DNA of 63,508 nt, counting the filler, from Squatina squatina (Eukaryota), in NCBI GenBank assembly GCA_031763465.1. It is 4 parts of 4 records of this genome, joined end to end, with 100 filler letters (N's around TTAATTAATTAA, not from the genome) between each part and the next. Parts side by side here need not be neighbours in the genome. Positions count along the whole stretch, not along the records: positions 1 to 15,178 come from JARFOE010000235.1; positions 15,279 to 29,360 come from JARFOE010000233.1; 2 more parts are not named here. One strand, 5' to 3'. Below the pieces are notes generated by a model. That model was not told the origin of the DNA and made no database searches. It saw nothing but the letters and a program-made list of their open reading frames with translations. This document shows, in pieces, positions 12,482 through 25,365 of this stretch. The position numbers and the translations under genes are program-made. The stretch's first letter is position 1. Every line of letters begins with the position of its first letter.

Positions 12482-15178
12482 AGGCATCCTGGCTGGTCTG
12501 AGCAGCTGCTGGAGACTTAACAGATTGGGTACATATAAAGACTTTACAGTTAGTGGCGATGAAGACTTGCCCCGAGGAAGAGCGTATTGAAGTACAGATC
12601 TCCAGACGACACTGTGTTATGCCATTGACTTGATTGTACTGCACAGTCTGGCTGCTTGCAACTGCAATCTCCTTTTTATTCTTCGTCTAATCTTAATGCA
12701 ATTATGGTTCCATGTACTGAATGGAAAATGCAACATTTTCACTGTTTGCACTGATCCCTGTGTGTACCAACGGTGAAAAAAAATTCAAAAACAGAATATT
12801 TACACATAGCTGAGCAGGTACAGAGTTAAAGGATTACGGGAGAGTTCAAGATATTGCAAAACTACAGTAATAATTGTTTTTTCCTGCTTTTATTGTGATT
12901 ATGCCAGCTCACAATTAAAGTTAAATTNNNNNNNNNNNNNNNNNNNNNNNNNNNNNNNNNNNNNNNNNNNNNNNNNNNNNNNNNNNNNNNNNNNNNNNNN
13001 NNNNNNNNNNNNNNNNNNNNNNNNNNNACAGTTAAAACTAAAATGATGTGAGACTTTGTTTCCTTAGCAGAAATGAGACTTTGTGGCCGTAAAAGGACAC
13101 AGCACAGCAGAACAGCACATTGTGTTTTACATGGTGTAACACACTGCCATGATAAAACAGTGTATCATCCAACCAGCATAAGCAACATCATGGGAATCCG
13201 CTAGTGTATAATAAACAGATGGTGGGGTGATTAGAATGAAAGCACTCTCATACGTAATGTTAAAACGTTATCTAAAATTCCTCAATGAGACTAATGTAAT
13301 CACACCCAGCCAGTCACTATTCCCTGCAGCTTTGAAATTATGTTGTGCAAAGATTGTAAATGGGTTAACACCACCATTAAGTTAGTAGATCAGAGAATTT
13401 CATTCAGATGGTTCAAATGTTAAAATATTAATCTTCACATGAGAATATATAACTTACTGGCAGTTATTTATTACGTTATACTTATGCTATATTATCTTAT
13501 GATTACTGGGTGGTGTCAATATTTCATAAAATTACCTAGAATTTTACAGCGCAGAAACATCCCTATCAACAACATCCACTTTTGGCATGATAATTTAATG
13601 TAATAAATTCTAAATTCTCTTCTGCAGTCTGTATTGCACAACTACTTCTTACTGTCCTAAATTGGCAGCACCTTTGTGCTTATGTGAAAATAATGACAGT
13701 TCATTACTGCTTAGAAGCAACCATTTTTCTAATTTCTAATTCTGAACAAAAGGCCAGCCTATTAGTTGTTTTCATTGGTGTAAATAGGCTACCATAATTT
13801 GCAAAAGGAACTTTAAATCAATGCTTCCATTTATTCAGTTCTTCCTAATTCAAATAGGCAGCTCTGGTGCAATTACTGAATGAGGTGCTATTATAGAATG
13901 ATGAAGCCAAAAGTGTAACCTTTAATTACAGTGAGTCACAGTTTCCCCTCAGCGATTAATGGGCCTTCATGTGAGGGTTTTGCATCCATTTTAGATTTGT
14001 TGATGTGAGGAATCCTTTTTATTGCATAAGTGAAATTAATAATTAATCAATAATGATTTATAAGGAGGGCTATTTACCACAATAATGTCAGTGCTATCAA
14101 TACATTAACGAGCTTTTTTGGAATAAGAGCAGTGAACATCCTGTAATTAGCTGCTACACAAAAATGAACAAGTGATAGCTACAACAAAGTGTACAGTACA
14201 GACAATAAGAGTTCAGGCCTCTTTCTGAATTGGGCTTTGGATGGGTAACAAATCACTGAACTGGGTTTACATTTTACAGAAAGTAGCTTTATGACGCAGC
14301 ATTATTTGGAATAATATTTTGTATTAATGCATCTTTTACGATTAACTTTAACAAAAATACTGTTTTATGATGTCTATTTTTAGAGTATGCCATTTAACTT
14401 TATTTAAAATATATTTACTTGCAATACCATCCTTCCAGGTGTTAACAACATCTGTTCCCACCATAGAAGAAGTTGGGAAGTTGAGCCAAGATTTGGCTGA
14501 ATATCCATCAGCCCGGGTCCACCCATGTTAAACTGGTGGAAAAAGTGCCAATTAGCCAGTTGAGGGCAGATTCAATTTAATCAGGAGCTGGCATGATCAT
14601 CCATCATGTTTAAAAAGCCTTCCTTGTGTGAAATGTAGTCCATCGTGAGTAGGTGTAACAAATACACTACCTGTGAGGAATAACAGAAATGTTATGTAAA
14701 ATATGTTATACAATGAGGGATTAAAAATCTTTTTTCCATTTTAAATCATTGTAGCACTACTTTTTTGAGTGTTGAGGATTATACAAACCATGTAAGAACT
14801 ATTGTAGTATCTTATCAATATTAAAGAAAGAGCATTCTTGTAAAATGTACTTATGAAGATGTATGGTCACAACATTAATTTGTAAGCATTTGAGGAAGGT
14901 GCAATCTAAATCATGTGATACATTGGTATAAAATTAAAATAGGGCCTACAGTAGAATAAAGGCTCGCGTACTTCTGGAAACAGTTTAACAACCAGCTCAG
15001 CTTAGACTTATACACAAATGTTATATACACAAAATGCAAAGAATAAAACACACAGGACAATGAAATGATTGATACAAACTGGTATTCTGAAAACAATATA
15101 GAAAGCTTTTATGGTGTATAGAATACATTGTAAATGTAATGAATAGTTCTATTGACTGTACTGCTTTAAAACTTTAAA

Positions 15179-15278
15179 NNNNNNNNNNNNNNNNNNNNNN
15201 NNNNNNNNNNNNNNNNNNNNNNTTAATTAATTAANNNNNNNNNNNNNNNNNNNNNNNNNNNNNNNNNNNNNNNNNNNN
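15179..15278. other. Artificial concatenation linker
   Basis: 44N + TTAATTAATTAA (15223-15234, stops in all six frames) + 44N; identical structure three times in the window. Confidence 0.95.
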
Positions 15279-15285
15279 AGACCTG

Positions 15286-16064
15286 GGGTGCCCAATTGGT
15301 CTCTGTCCAAATCAGGTGCTGCATTCGGGGTCCGTTAGCCCGGAGCACGCCCCACTAGCAGCGGGGCACATCGCGGAGGCATTGGCCTCTTTGAAGCCGG
15401 TTTGGGCCAGCGTCACATGGCAACGGTAAATCAGTGCTGACCTGATGGTGACCCGCCAATGCTGCTTCACATCCGGGTTACGCCAGCAGCGTGGCGCGAT
15501 CTATGCTGCTGGCGTAACTGAGCATGTGCGAGCCGCGGCCCCACCCCTTCCCTTAAAGGCAAGGGCTGCAGGCTTGTGCAGCAGAAGCAGATTGAGGACT
15601 CATAGGGCCAGCAGGTAAGTTCAAAAACAGCTTTGCATCTGCCAGCAGGCCAGAGAGCGTGCCAGCTAGGGTGAGGGTTTGTCTGGCTTAATCAGCCGCC
15701 AGTCATCAGCCGACAATAGTGTCGGCCAATGGGAAAATATGGCAGCCAACGGCGCAGGCCACGCGCCTTTAAGGGCCCCTGTCGATGTCAGTGACAGTGG
15801 TGCCGGGTGGGGGGAGGCCGCCTCAAACTCGGGAGGCGGCGCTCCCGCGGCACACAGGGGGGGCCGCGGGCGGGCGGCGATGGGTCGGTGCGCGATGTGA
15901 TAATGTCGCTGGCCGCTGCACCACCGGTGGTGGGGCATTTACCCGCCAGTGCGATGGGCCCAATTCCACAATTTCAATTATTTAGCCTGTACGCTGATTT
16001 CACGCCTGGATTGTGCCGTTAGTCAACACAATCTGGCTGTGAGATCAGACCAATTGGGCGTCCC
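15286..16064. mobile_element. GC-rich MITE with TIRs and internal hairpins
   Basis: GGGTGCCCAATTGGTCT at left, AGACCAATTGGGCGTCCC at right (16047-16064); internal 14-bp perfect inverted repeat 15477-15490 / 15505-15518. Confidence 0.7.
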
Positions 16065-16534
16065 TTGAATTTAGATTGTGCTTATTTTTATCTGACGAAC
16101 TTGGTTTATTTGGCGTTTCTTAAAGAACTGTCTCCTGGAGATCTGTTTGCCATTTGTCTCCTATTTACAACTGGTTGAAAAAAGACACCATCGCGATCAC
16201 AATTATGTTACATTTGCAGAAAAAGCCACTTACTTGGACAATATTTGACTGCAGGTGGTGCAGATTCATCTTTCAAATAAGCATGTGCATTTAAATCATT
16301 TGTAAGCAACTGATAAACTCCTCGTCTTGTATACACACCAGTTAAAGGCTGATATTGCACTCACATCTGGTGCCATATCAATTGTAAATTGTGTTAAATC
16401 TTGTAAGCGTGCACAGTTAACTGAATAGGTTGCATGCCCATTTAGCAGGGAAGATATTTGTCAAACTATGTTGCTGATGAAATCAGTATTAATCTATGTC
16501 CAACGTACAACAGTTATGAGAAAGGTAGACCTCT

Positions 16535-17440
16535 TACAAGATCACAAGATCAGATGTGGAAGGCTATTCTGCCTGTCTTAGCTCATCCTTCCAGAAAGAT
16601 TCTACACCACCCCTCCCCACACATACATACATCGCACAATCCAATTGGGTCTTAAATAATCACAGATTTTTGCCACCAATGTTCCATCTGGAATTCCATT
16701 CCATGCATTAATCACTATTTTTGCAAAGAAGAACCTCCTGATATCGGTCCTCAATTGGCCTTTTACTAGTTTGAACTATGTCCCCTTTTCCTGCTCTCAT
16801 GATTTAGTATGAAGAAATAGATTTACTTTTCCATGCCATTTGCTATCTAAAATGTCTTTAAAAGGTAACCTTATATCACCTTTTAAGGCCGAAAAGCCCA
16901 AGCTTCTCCAAGCTTTCCTCATACATCATCCCTTTGATACTAAGTATGAGCCTCATCACTCTTCTCTGAACTGCTCTCCAGAGTTTGACTATCTCATTGA
17001 CATNNNNNNNNNNNNNNNNNNNNNNNNNNNNNNNNNNNNNNNNNNNNNNNNNNNNNNNNNNNNNNNNNNNNNNNNNNNNNNNNNNNNNNNNNNNNNNNNN
17101 NNNNNNNNNNNNNNNNNNNNNNNNNNNNNNNNNNNNNNNNNNNNNNNNNNNNNNNNNNNNNNNNNNNNNNNNNNNNNNNNNNNNNNNNNNNNNNNNNNNN
17201 NNNNNNNNNNNNNNNNNNNNNNNNNNNNNNNNNNNNNNNNNNNNNNNNNNNNNNNNNNNNNNTATTTTGTTCAACTCACTTTGTAGTTTCTGAACTACCT
17301 CTTCAGATTCAATTGCGTCTCCTAATTTAGTATCATCTGCAAATCTGACCCCATTGCATTGAGTTTCTGAATCCATTTGTTGATATAAGTTAGAAAGAGT
17401 AGGGATTTGAACATCAATTCCTAGGGCACTTTACTTAGCA
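16535..17440 (-). mobile_element. CR1-type LINE 3' remnant (RT C-terminus and 3' UTR)
   Basis: Minus-strand translation RFADDTKLGDAIESEEVVQKLQSELNK and VQRRVMRLI..YEESLEKLGLFGLKR. Confidence 0.85.
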
Positions 17441-18529
17441 CTATTCCAACGCCCCCCTCCACCCCACCCCAATTATAACATAATTTCTCCAATTTAAATA
17501 ACACAAAGCTTCCAAATGATAAGTGTACCAGTGTCAGTTTCTATTTTGTGTGTGTAATATACTTGTACTATTGGCAATAGCTATGTACATGTTATTGCAA
17601 CTCTCTTTTTACAAAACGGCTTTTATTATTTAAGGAATACTTGTAGCTGTGTACAGTGTAAAGTAATAGTAAAGGATTATACAATAGTATGTAATTTACA
17701 GTGGCATCGATGAATCATGCTTGTACTTGTGTATAAAAATGCTAGTGTACAAATCACGTGCTCTGGCTTTAAAAATAAAGGTACGTTACTGTAGGATTTT
17801 GTGTTGTTAATTGGAAATCATTCACAATGAGGCGAAATTTGGTCCGTTTCAGTATATATATGTATTTTATTTTAATAAATATGCTATTTTTTCAGTGGAG
17901 CCACTGTACTCACAAAATGGACCTCTAGAATCTTTACAAAATGCTTGATATTACAAATTATATGCAATGATTCTTTAATATTACATAGTTAACTTCAGGA
18001 GACATTAATAAATATAACACAAACAAAATCTAATTTATATTTGGCTGTTCTTATACCTTCTCTGGTACAAAACAAGTCAACTCCTATACAAATAGAGTGA
18101 GGAAATGATGCCCCAGAGATTAAAGTTGCATGGCACGCACTGGTGCACTCTATTAAGTTAATGTACAGGACAGAAGGACACACTGCACTGCACTAACTCC
18201 ACTACATTTTTGTCTTAATTTGAAATGGTAACTTGTTTTCCAGTAGCAAGCGAATTCAGAAAGTTTAATAAATACTGTGAATAATTAAAGCTTTTGGCTC
18301 CACAAGTTCTCTCATGGAGTTGCCCATCATTTCCATCCTGGAAATCATGGTCTCCAAGTTCTGTGTAAAGCACCGTGCAAAGTTGGAGCCAGACTCCTCC
18401 ATGCTGCTTGACACTGACAAGAGACTCTGGCAGGCTTGCCATTGCACAAAACATTTCTGTGTGCATGCCCATCCCCTTTCTTCAGAAGGCTGCCCCATCA
18501 AGGTCATCATCTGAGCCCTGTGGAGCAGA

Positions 18530-18870
18530 TTTCATAGGAACAGGACTAGTCCATTTAGCCCCTTAAGCCGCTGTTCTGCCATTCAATGAGATAATGGCTG
18601 ATCTGCAATCTAACTCCATATGACCCATATCCTTTAATAACTTTGGTTAACAAAAATCTATCAATCTCAGATTTAAAATGAATAATTAACCTAGCATCAA
18701 CTGCCATTTGCAGAAGAGAGTTCACCTCTCCTAATTTCACTCCTGAAAGGTCTGGCTCTAATTTTTAGACTATGCTCCCTGGTCCTAGAATCCCCAACCA
18801 GCAGAAATAGTTTCCCTCTATCAGTTCCCTTGAAGATCTTGAAAATTTTGATCAAATCACCCTATACCTT
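18530..18870 (-). mobile_element. CR1-type LINE 3' end
   Basis: Minus-strand FKSEIDRFLLTKVIKGYG C-terminus and CR1 3' UTR (ccatttagcccc..ctgccattcaatgagataatggctgatc). Confidence 0.8.
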
Positions 18871-18959
18871 NNNNNNNNNNCATCTCTGAGGAAATTCAAT
18901 GTTGTTAAGTTTCTGTTCTTTAATTAGGTCACATAAATATTATTATTTTACACCACTTT

Positions 18960-19185
18960 CCCGTCTTGTCACCTTCCTCCTCCTCCTCTGAATCGGCTGA
19001 TCTAAGCTCTTCGCCTTGTTCCTCCTGCAGGTCCAAACTTTGCTGCTGCGCAATGTTGTGCAGAGTGCAGCAAACCATGACCATCCTGGGCACTATGGCT
19101 GGTGCATACTGAATTGCGCCTCCAGATCTGTCTAGGCACCTGAAGTGTAACTTCAGCATGCCAACGGCTTGTTTATCACACATCT
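18960..19185 (-). mobile_element. Harbinger/PIF transposase remnant (HARBI1-family DDE C-terminus)
   Basis: AVGMLKLHFRCLDRSGGAIQYAPAIVPRMVMVCCTLHNIA followed by an acidic tail matches the GLLKxRFRCLD..CCxLHN motif; no upstream catalytic region visible. Confidence 0.85.
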
Positions 19186-20317
19186 GATGGTCATATCACA
19201 TTCATTGTAATGTTGTTGCGCTTTTTTGGTGGGGTTGCCGATGGGAGCCAACAGCCAATTTTGAAGTGGGTATCACTTCTCTCCGAGCAGCCACCCCTGA
19301 AGTCTGCTTGCAACTCTGAAGGTGTCANNNNNNNNNNNNNNNNNNNNNNNNNNNNNNNNNNNNNNNNNNNNNNNNNNNNNNNNNNNNNNNNNNNNNNNNN
19401 NNNNNNNNNNNNNNNNNNNNNNNNNNNCAAGCATTTTCCCCACTACTGATGTCAGGCTAACCGGTCTATAATTCCCTGTTTTCTCTCTCCCTCCTTTTTT
19501 AAATGGGCCTCAGTGATCTGGTTCCACATCCGACTTTCTGGAGGGCTTCCTGCCCCTGAGGGTAGAGGACGTCTATTACAGTGTTGACCCCCTGCACAAA
19601 ACTGGAGTGCTGCACGCGAGACCCTGGGCGCCCCTTGCCTGGCTTGCTGAGCCATTTGTTTTAGTGCTGAAGCACTTTTAGCATTTTTTTTTTAGGTGCG
19701 GTATACAATTCAGCTTTAACAGCTCAAGACTCCCATTTGGGAATTCTTTTTAAAATGCTCATTTATTTTCAGAAGGCAGTTGAGCCGTAAGCTAAAAACT
19801 GTCAATTTTTACATGATTTTTATTTCTTTCATTTCAGAAGACAGTTCCCCTTTAAGGGACTGAGCCGCTTTCTGAAATGACAGCCTTGCTTTAAGAGCAA
19901 GCTGTTCTTGCTGCAACGGCACTACGGCCACGCTACATTGGGGCCTCCTGCCGGGACGAACCCCACCAGAATGGTCTTGCACTGTAAGTTTAGTGCTGGG
20001 CTAATGTTAATTAGACACCAGTGTCAATTTACTGGTCTTGTCAGCGCCATCAATTTCAGCAGTCATGAACAATGGCCCGCGGTGGCACCGCCAGGTTTTT
20101 TAGCGATGTTGAATTACTAGGCCAAAGACTCTAACAGAAAGAAAATTAAAGACCTGCTCTTATTTCAATTTCTACCATTTCTGGTTTTCTTTTTGTTATT
20201 TTGCTAGCGTGATGGCATTACTGAATATCAATAGTTTCTAAAAAAATTCTGTTATGTACAAAGTATTTTTAATGAAAGTTTTATAAAGAAAAACACAACA
20301 TGCCACATAATTGTTGT

Positions 20318-20323
20318 TTTATT
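20318..20323 (-). promoter_or_regulatory. Candidate polyadenylation signal of SHC3
   Basis: AATAAA on minus strand about 1.7 kb past the SHC3 stop, ending an AT-rich repeat-free UTR-like stretch; not unique. Confidence 0.3.
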
Positions 20324-22048
20324 GCCAACAGTCATACAGTTTTTTTAATAATCAACAAATACAAATGTAAACATAGTTTATGAAAAAATGTTGCAATTCA
20401 TTTATATTCAAAACAGCAGCCTCTGAGATACGCACTACTTATCTGATCAAAAGGCACATTTTTCGTAGCACAGTTAGAAATTCAGTGTTGCCTGACTGAA
20501 CTTGTGAAATGAATTCTCTTATATTCAGCAACTGTTTTGTATGTTTTAAAATTGTTGCATTAACCCTCACCCCACTGAATAAAGATGAACTCTATGCAGT
20601 TAGCACAACAGTAGCGTTTTAAGAGTTAAATATGAAGACAACAGTATGTTTTGCCAGATACTGTGCATTAATTTCACGTTTGTGCTAAGCTTTGATGGTA
20701 GTTTTCCATGAAGTTGAGAATAGTAGTAAAAATTAGTCAATGATTTCTTGACTTCTACTAGACTTGTCAAAGTGACAGTGATTGGTAGCCATGGATTTGG
20801 TACAGTAATATCATGAGGAAAAGCCATCCCAACCAACAACAACTGCTATTTTAAGCACTTTTTTCTTAAATTTTAAGCCTTCCAATTGATTTAAATAAAC
20901 AACTAATCTATTGCAGGCTTTGTGCGTATTTTATGTAAGCTTTTAATAAGCTAATATGACTTGCTGCTAAGCAAATATCTTGAGAATTGTTTGGCATGTT
21001 TATTACATCAAAATGCTCTGTTACCTACAATTTACAATCATGAGAAAAATTGTAACATAGCTATTCATTCAATTCACAGAACAAAATAATCATACAAATT
21101 CAAGAATTGTTTTAAATAACTTAATTATACTGTGGTAGATTCTGGTTGGTTTAAGTCTCTGAGTAAAAAGCAAGTTTTCTGCATCCAACCACACAATATG
21201 TCAGATAAACTGCCTTAGCAATAAAATGTTTAATATGGAATCATTTTTCATCAGCTGTATTTAAAATGTACATTGTGTTGATTTCATACCAGTATCAGTT
21301 ACATGTCTGTGTGCAAAAGCACTCAGCACTCAAAAGAGTTAAAATGGTCTGCAGGTAAATGAAAACATTCAACGTGAAAATCCCATGTAACAACCACTTG
21401 CCAATGGCAGATACTCTGTCATTATGGTTGTCGTGTTCTAAATTTTTCAGATAAAAACAACGCAGTCATAAAACATGTTCACGTAAACACATTATAAGTA
21501 GGATTTCATTTACAATCTGCAAAGACAAAATAAACTACACCATCAATTTCAGTTTTATCACCAAATACCTATTTGAAGATTTTGATTTTTTTTCTAAAAG
21601 ACTGTAGTTCCTTAAAATAGCTGCAATTAAAGTCACTTCTGTTAAACATCTTCCTTTAAACATTTTAAATATTGTGCTTCTTTAGTAAAATGTTCCATGT
21701 GAAGACATTAAGAAAAAAATCCTAAAATATAATTTCTGCATCATGTGTGCTAGATATCAGCATTTCATCTATACAGTAGTAAATGATTCAATATCTCTTA
21801 GAAATATATTGATTCAAGTTGAAACACAGGGCATAAAACATCTTCACAACACCTTTTTTCCAACCCGACCTTTTACATTAAGTATTCAAGTAAAACCCCT
21901 ACTTCCTTTGAACCAGACAACATCAATTCACATAAATAAGACAGTTATCTCAAGATCCAGAGATCTCTCCTCCCTGTTTCACTAACTAATAGACCATAGA
22001 ATAAGAATTTCCACCAGGTTATTAAAATCACATGACTGGCTCGGGAAA

Positions 22049-22177
22049 TCATTGCTTTCTCTCAACTGATTGCCTCAGGCACAGTTCGCTCCCAGCTGAG
22101 ACTATAGGCAAATTGTTGTCACGGTGATGGCAGATAAGATGGCTAATGCTTTCAAATATATGATCTTTAGTTCGAAC
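22049..22177 (-). CDS. SHC3: SHC3 (ShcC/N-Shc adaptor) terminal coding exon, SH2 C-terminus
   Basis: [42 protein letters not shown]; acceptor tttttaaag; ERKQ end as in SHC3. Confidence 0.93.
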   Translation of the reverse strand, partial: VRTKDHIFESISHLICHHRDNNLPIVSAGSELCLRQSVERKQ

Positions 22178-22404
22178 CTTTAAAAACAAACAAATGAAGA
22201 ATATGAAAAGTTTAGTGTCAGAAAGTACCATACAGGTATTTTTATATTTCCCATACAAAGCCTTCCATATGGCCTCTCTCAATGAATGCCAATTTGTGTC
22301 AATATTTGAGTAGTTTTGTGCAATATATTGCACCAAGATGAATAGATGGCAACTACCCAAACTCATTTGACAAAGGATCCTTATGAGAGGTAATCCATTG
22401 TTAT

Positions 22405-22650
22405 TGGTACTGGACTAGCAGGCCAGAGGTGGTGAGTTCAAATCCCATAGAGAGTTATGAAGTCTGATAGCTTGTAGAGAATCCCCAGAAAGCCCCTCCG
22501 TCATAAAATCTGCCATTTGGTTGTAAAAACCAAACACATTTACTAATATTCTTCAGGAACTTGCCATTTCTACCCAGTCTTACCTATACGTGACTCTGCT
22601 GTACACAACATAATTGACTGACAATACCATCTGAAGTGGCCTAGCCATCA
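22405..22650 (+). mobile_element. Degenerate tRNA-derived SINE
   Basis: actggactag..gagttcaaatccca head and ctgaagtggcctagc motif; related reverse copy at about 10893-11030. Confidence 0.45.
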
Positions 22651-22720
22651 TTGATACACCAAACTTTGCTTCCTGCCTCTCTATTTATTTTGTCACCCTT
22701 GGGTTCTGCCAGCCACGTTT

Positions 22721-23143
22721 TGGCCAGAATCTTACCAGCTCTGCGAGTGCACATTTGGAGGCGGGCCTCCTGTCAAAATGGCCGAGATTGACTGCGGTAC
22801 GGGATCACGCTCTGAACCCGCCTCCTTGTCAATTTCCAAAGTGTCAGGTCTGGCTACAGTTCACGGACTCGACACCAAGCAGCGGATCAGCCAATTTAGA
22901 TAGCTAAAAGCTTGTTAAAAGGTAGTTAAGCAGGATTTTGCCATGCACTTAGCATTTTACCAGGTTTTTAATTAGTTTCTCGGAGCGCAGTTATCACGCT
23001 CGGTAAGTAGGTTGGGTGTTGTGTCAGCATCAAATGGTTCACCAACCTTACAGCTGCAAATGGTCTATGACAGCTCCCAGGTCTTCACTTTCCAAGATTA
23101 GAAGCAGTTGCTTACTGCATTTAGAAGACAGCTTGAGCTTTAT
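22721..23143 (+). mobile_element. Dispersed repeat copy A (probable non-autonomous DNA transposon)
   Basis: Colinear with 28948-29360, e.g. shared cagccaatttagatag(c/t)taaaagcttgttaaaaggtagttaagcaggat. Confidence 0.8.
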
Positions 23144-23541
23144 NNNNNNNNNNNNNNNNNNNNNNNNNNNNNNNNNNNNNNNNNNNNNNNNNNNNNNNNN
23201 NNNNNNNNNNNNNNNNNNNNNNNNNNNNNNNNNNNNNNNNNNNTCACCTTGCTGCATTGTTGATACTACATCAACGACCATGCACCTATCCTGCACCAAC
23301 ACAGAAGCCGTGACACATGATCTGCCTCACCACCATCATGCGGTAACTTACTTGACACTCTTGAACATTAATGACAAGTTCACTGTTTTGGCACTTATTA
23401 ACACTGAGTAACTAGCCTTCAAAATCTCTGCAGTGTGTTTTATAATCCAGCTCCTCAAAAAGAATGTTCTACATAACTGGGATGAAGTTATTTGAGAAGA
23501 CGGCAGTGTTAACATTATATGTGTTTAGTTCGATTACTTAC

Positions 23542-23837
23542 AATTCCTTCAGGATCTACCAGGAGAAGATGTTTAGCCTGGCCATTATGCATGCCTGTTA
23601 ATACATAGGATCCAGGGTTGGTCGTACTTTTTCTGACAAGGAAGTCACCATCACTTGTCAGGAGCTGCTCTGCGTCCTTTCTGCTCATTTCCCCGTGATA
23701 CCATGGTTCCTCCTTTAGACATTCCTTCACTGTATCTGTGGTTGTCCTAGATAAATGAGGACTGTCACACAGAACAGACAAAGTTTTGTTTGAAAACTGC
23801 CCACCTGTTTGATGCTTCAAGGCATCTTCAAAGGGTT
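23542..23837 (-). CDS. SHC3: SHC3 penultimate exon (end of CH1 and most of SH2)
   Basis: (K/E)PFEDALK...[57 protein letters not shown]; [10 protein letters not shown] and GMHNGQAK fit SHC3 better than SHC1/2; cag acceptor, gtaagt donor, phase 0 into last exon. Confidence 0.95.
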
Positions 23838-24004
23838 CTGGTTACAGTGGAAACAAGAAAGAAACATAACATTAGGTTATCCATTGGGCAGTTTTCCTCC
23901 ATCAGTGTGTACTACTCATATTTGCTGTCCAAGCTTATCTGTGGCTGTCGAGAGATGAACTCAAACAAAATAACTTTATGACAGTAAGCTCAATAAGATA
24001 CAAT

Positions 24005-24428
24005 GGGGCCGAAATTGGCCTCTTTAAATGTCCCATTAACGCCTCTGAGGGGCGCTAATGGGGCATTATTAAAAAAAAAGCAGACAGTGGCGGCCATCTC
24101 GTCTTCCCTGAAATTCGGGTAGGACGCAAAAGCCATTGCGCCTGCCCAGTCGAATTTCGCAGCGGGTCAGCATGTGACGTCAAGACGCGTGCTGACCTGC
24201 ACTGCGCAGCCGCAACATCCTTGGAGGCGGGCGCTGTGAGGAGCGATTGCAGCGAAAGGAAAACCTGTCACTGCAACAGGCCCCTTAAAGGCGAGGGCAT
24301 CTGCACCTCCGGCCTCCATTTTTTTTTAATCGTCGGCCGGTAAATGGCCCCTCGGCCGGATCGGGCACCATCGCCTCACCTGGCACACCAACTGGCGTGC
24401 CAGGCTGGTGGCCCGATCATCAAGCTGT
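24005..24428. mobile_element. GC-rich MITE-like fragment (Harbinger-like terminus)
   Basis: Starts GGGGCCGAAATTGG; CpG-rich; internal hairpin ggtcagca..tgctgacc; shares ccccttaaaggc(g/a)agggc with the 15286 element. Confidence 0.55.
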
Positions 24429-25268
24429 NNNNNNNNNNNNNNNNNNNNNNNNNNNNNNNNNNNNNNNNNNNNNNNNNNNNNNNNNNNNNNNNNNNNNNNN
24501 NNNNNNNNNNNNNNNNNNNNNNNNNNNNTAACGTTTCGGGTCGATGACCCTTCGTTTAAGGAAAAAGCTATTACTCTAGTTGGCAGGTCAATGACAATGA
24601 TTAATTTAAAATTGTCACTGAGAGAATGAGAAGATAGGTTAGGAGAAATTTCTTTACACAGAGGGTTATTTGAGAGGGTGTATTTGAGATGGAGCCCATT
24701 GCATCGTTTAAGGGAAAATTGAATAAATATTTGTATTAGAGTAAAGTACAAGGGTAAGAGGAGGAACTGAGTCATGGGATTAGTTTTGAATTGCTCTAAC
24801 AAATAGTCAGCACAGGCATGCTGGATCGAATGGCCTCCTATTGTGTTCTTTGTGGTTTTATATGTGTGCTGAACAGTGAAATCTCACCTTTTGTCTTCAA
24901 AAAAATGTGCCTAGTAAACTTTTTTGTTGAGGGAGAAAAAACAGAAAAGGCAGGCATGGTGTTATACATGATTGTGTCACTCTAAGTGATGCAGTGATGC
25001 ATTTTAACACAATTTGCATCATTGTATTATATATTTTCAAATAATGATAAGAATTCTTCCATGGAAAGCTATAGGTAATCCATTTACTGAATGAAAAAGT
25101 GACACAGATGTCCTCTAGTGACATCATCCAAGGGGATTCCCCAGAATCTCAGTCACTTCCTGTCAGGGACGATTGCTTTGCATTCAGACTTTTTCTTTAC
25201 TCAATTTTTTGCTGTGTGTGCATCTACTGACTCAGTGACAGCTATTTCCTGAAGGGTTATTTATTTAC

Positions 25269-25365
25269 CATATCTGCCGAGTGCATGTCTCCAGTCTTCA
25301 CTGTTGTCCTCGCCCAGGTGCTGCCCTTGATAGTAGCTTTGATCTTGTCCTATGGCTAACACTGG
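25269..25365 (-). CDS. SHC3: SHC3 CH1-region exon with YYQG motif (not in ORF track)
   Basis: PVLAIGQDQSYYQGQHLGEDNSEDWRHALGRY(G) resembles human SHC3 [20 protein letters not shown]; acceptor ttactgtag, donor gtaaat. Confidence 0.8.

Noticed and set aside
8058-12590. Long ORFs of 200-500 aa in the ORF track
   Set aside because: Mostly X from N gaps; real parts are a SINE and the VPS25 last exon
14419-14670. Exon-like segment with plausible minus-strand splice sites
   Set aside because: No frame is open throughout and none gives a recognisable protein
16235-16360. 42-codon open frame on the minus strand ending at gtaagt
   Set aside because: No recognisable homology and no convincing acceptor
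17500-17890. UTR-like AT-rich stretch with AATAAA, possibly the 3' end of S1PR3 (SHC3 neighbour in human)
   Set aside because: No S1PR3 coding sequence in the window; synteny alone is insufficient
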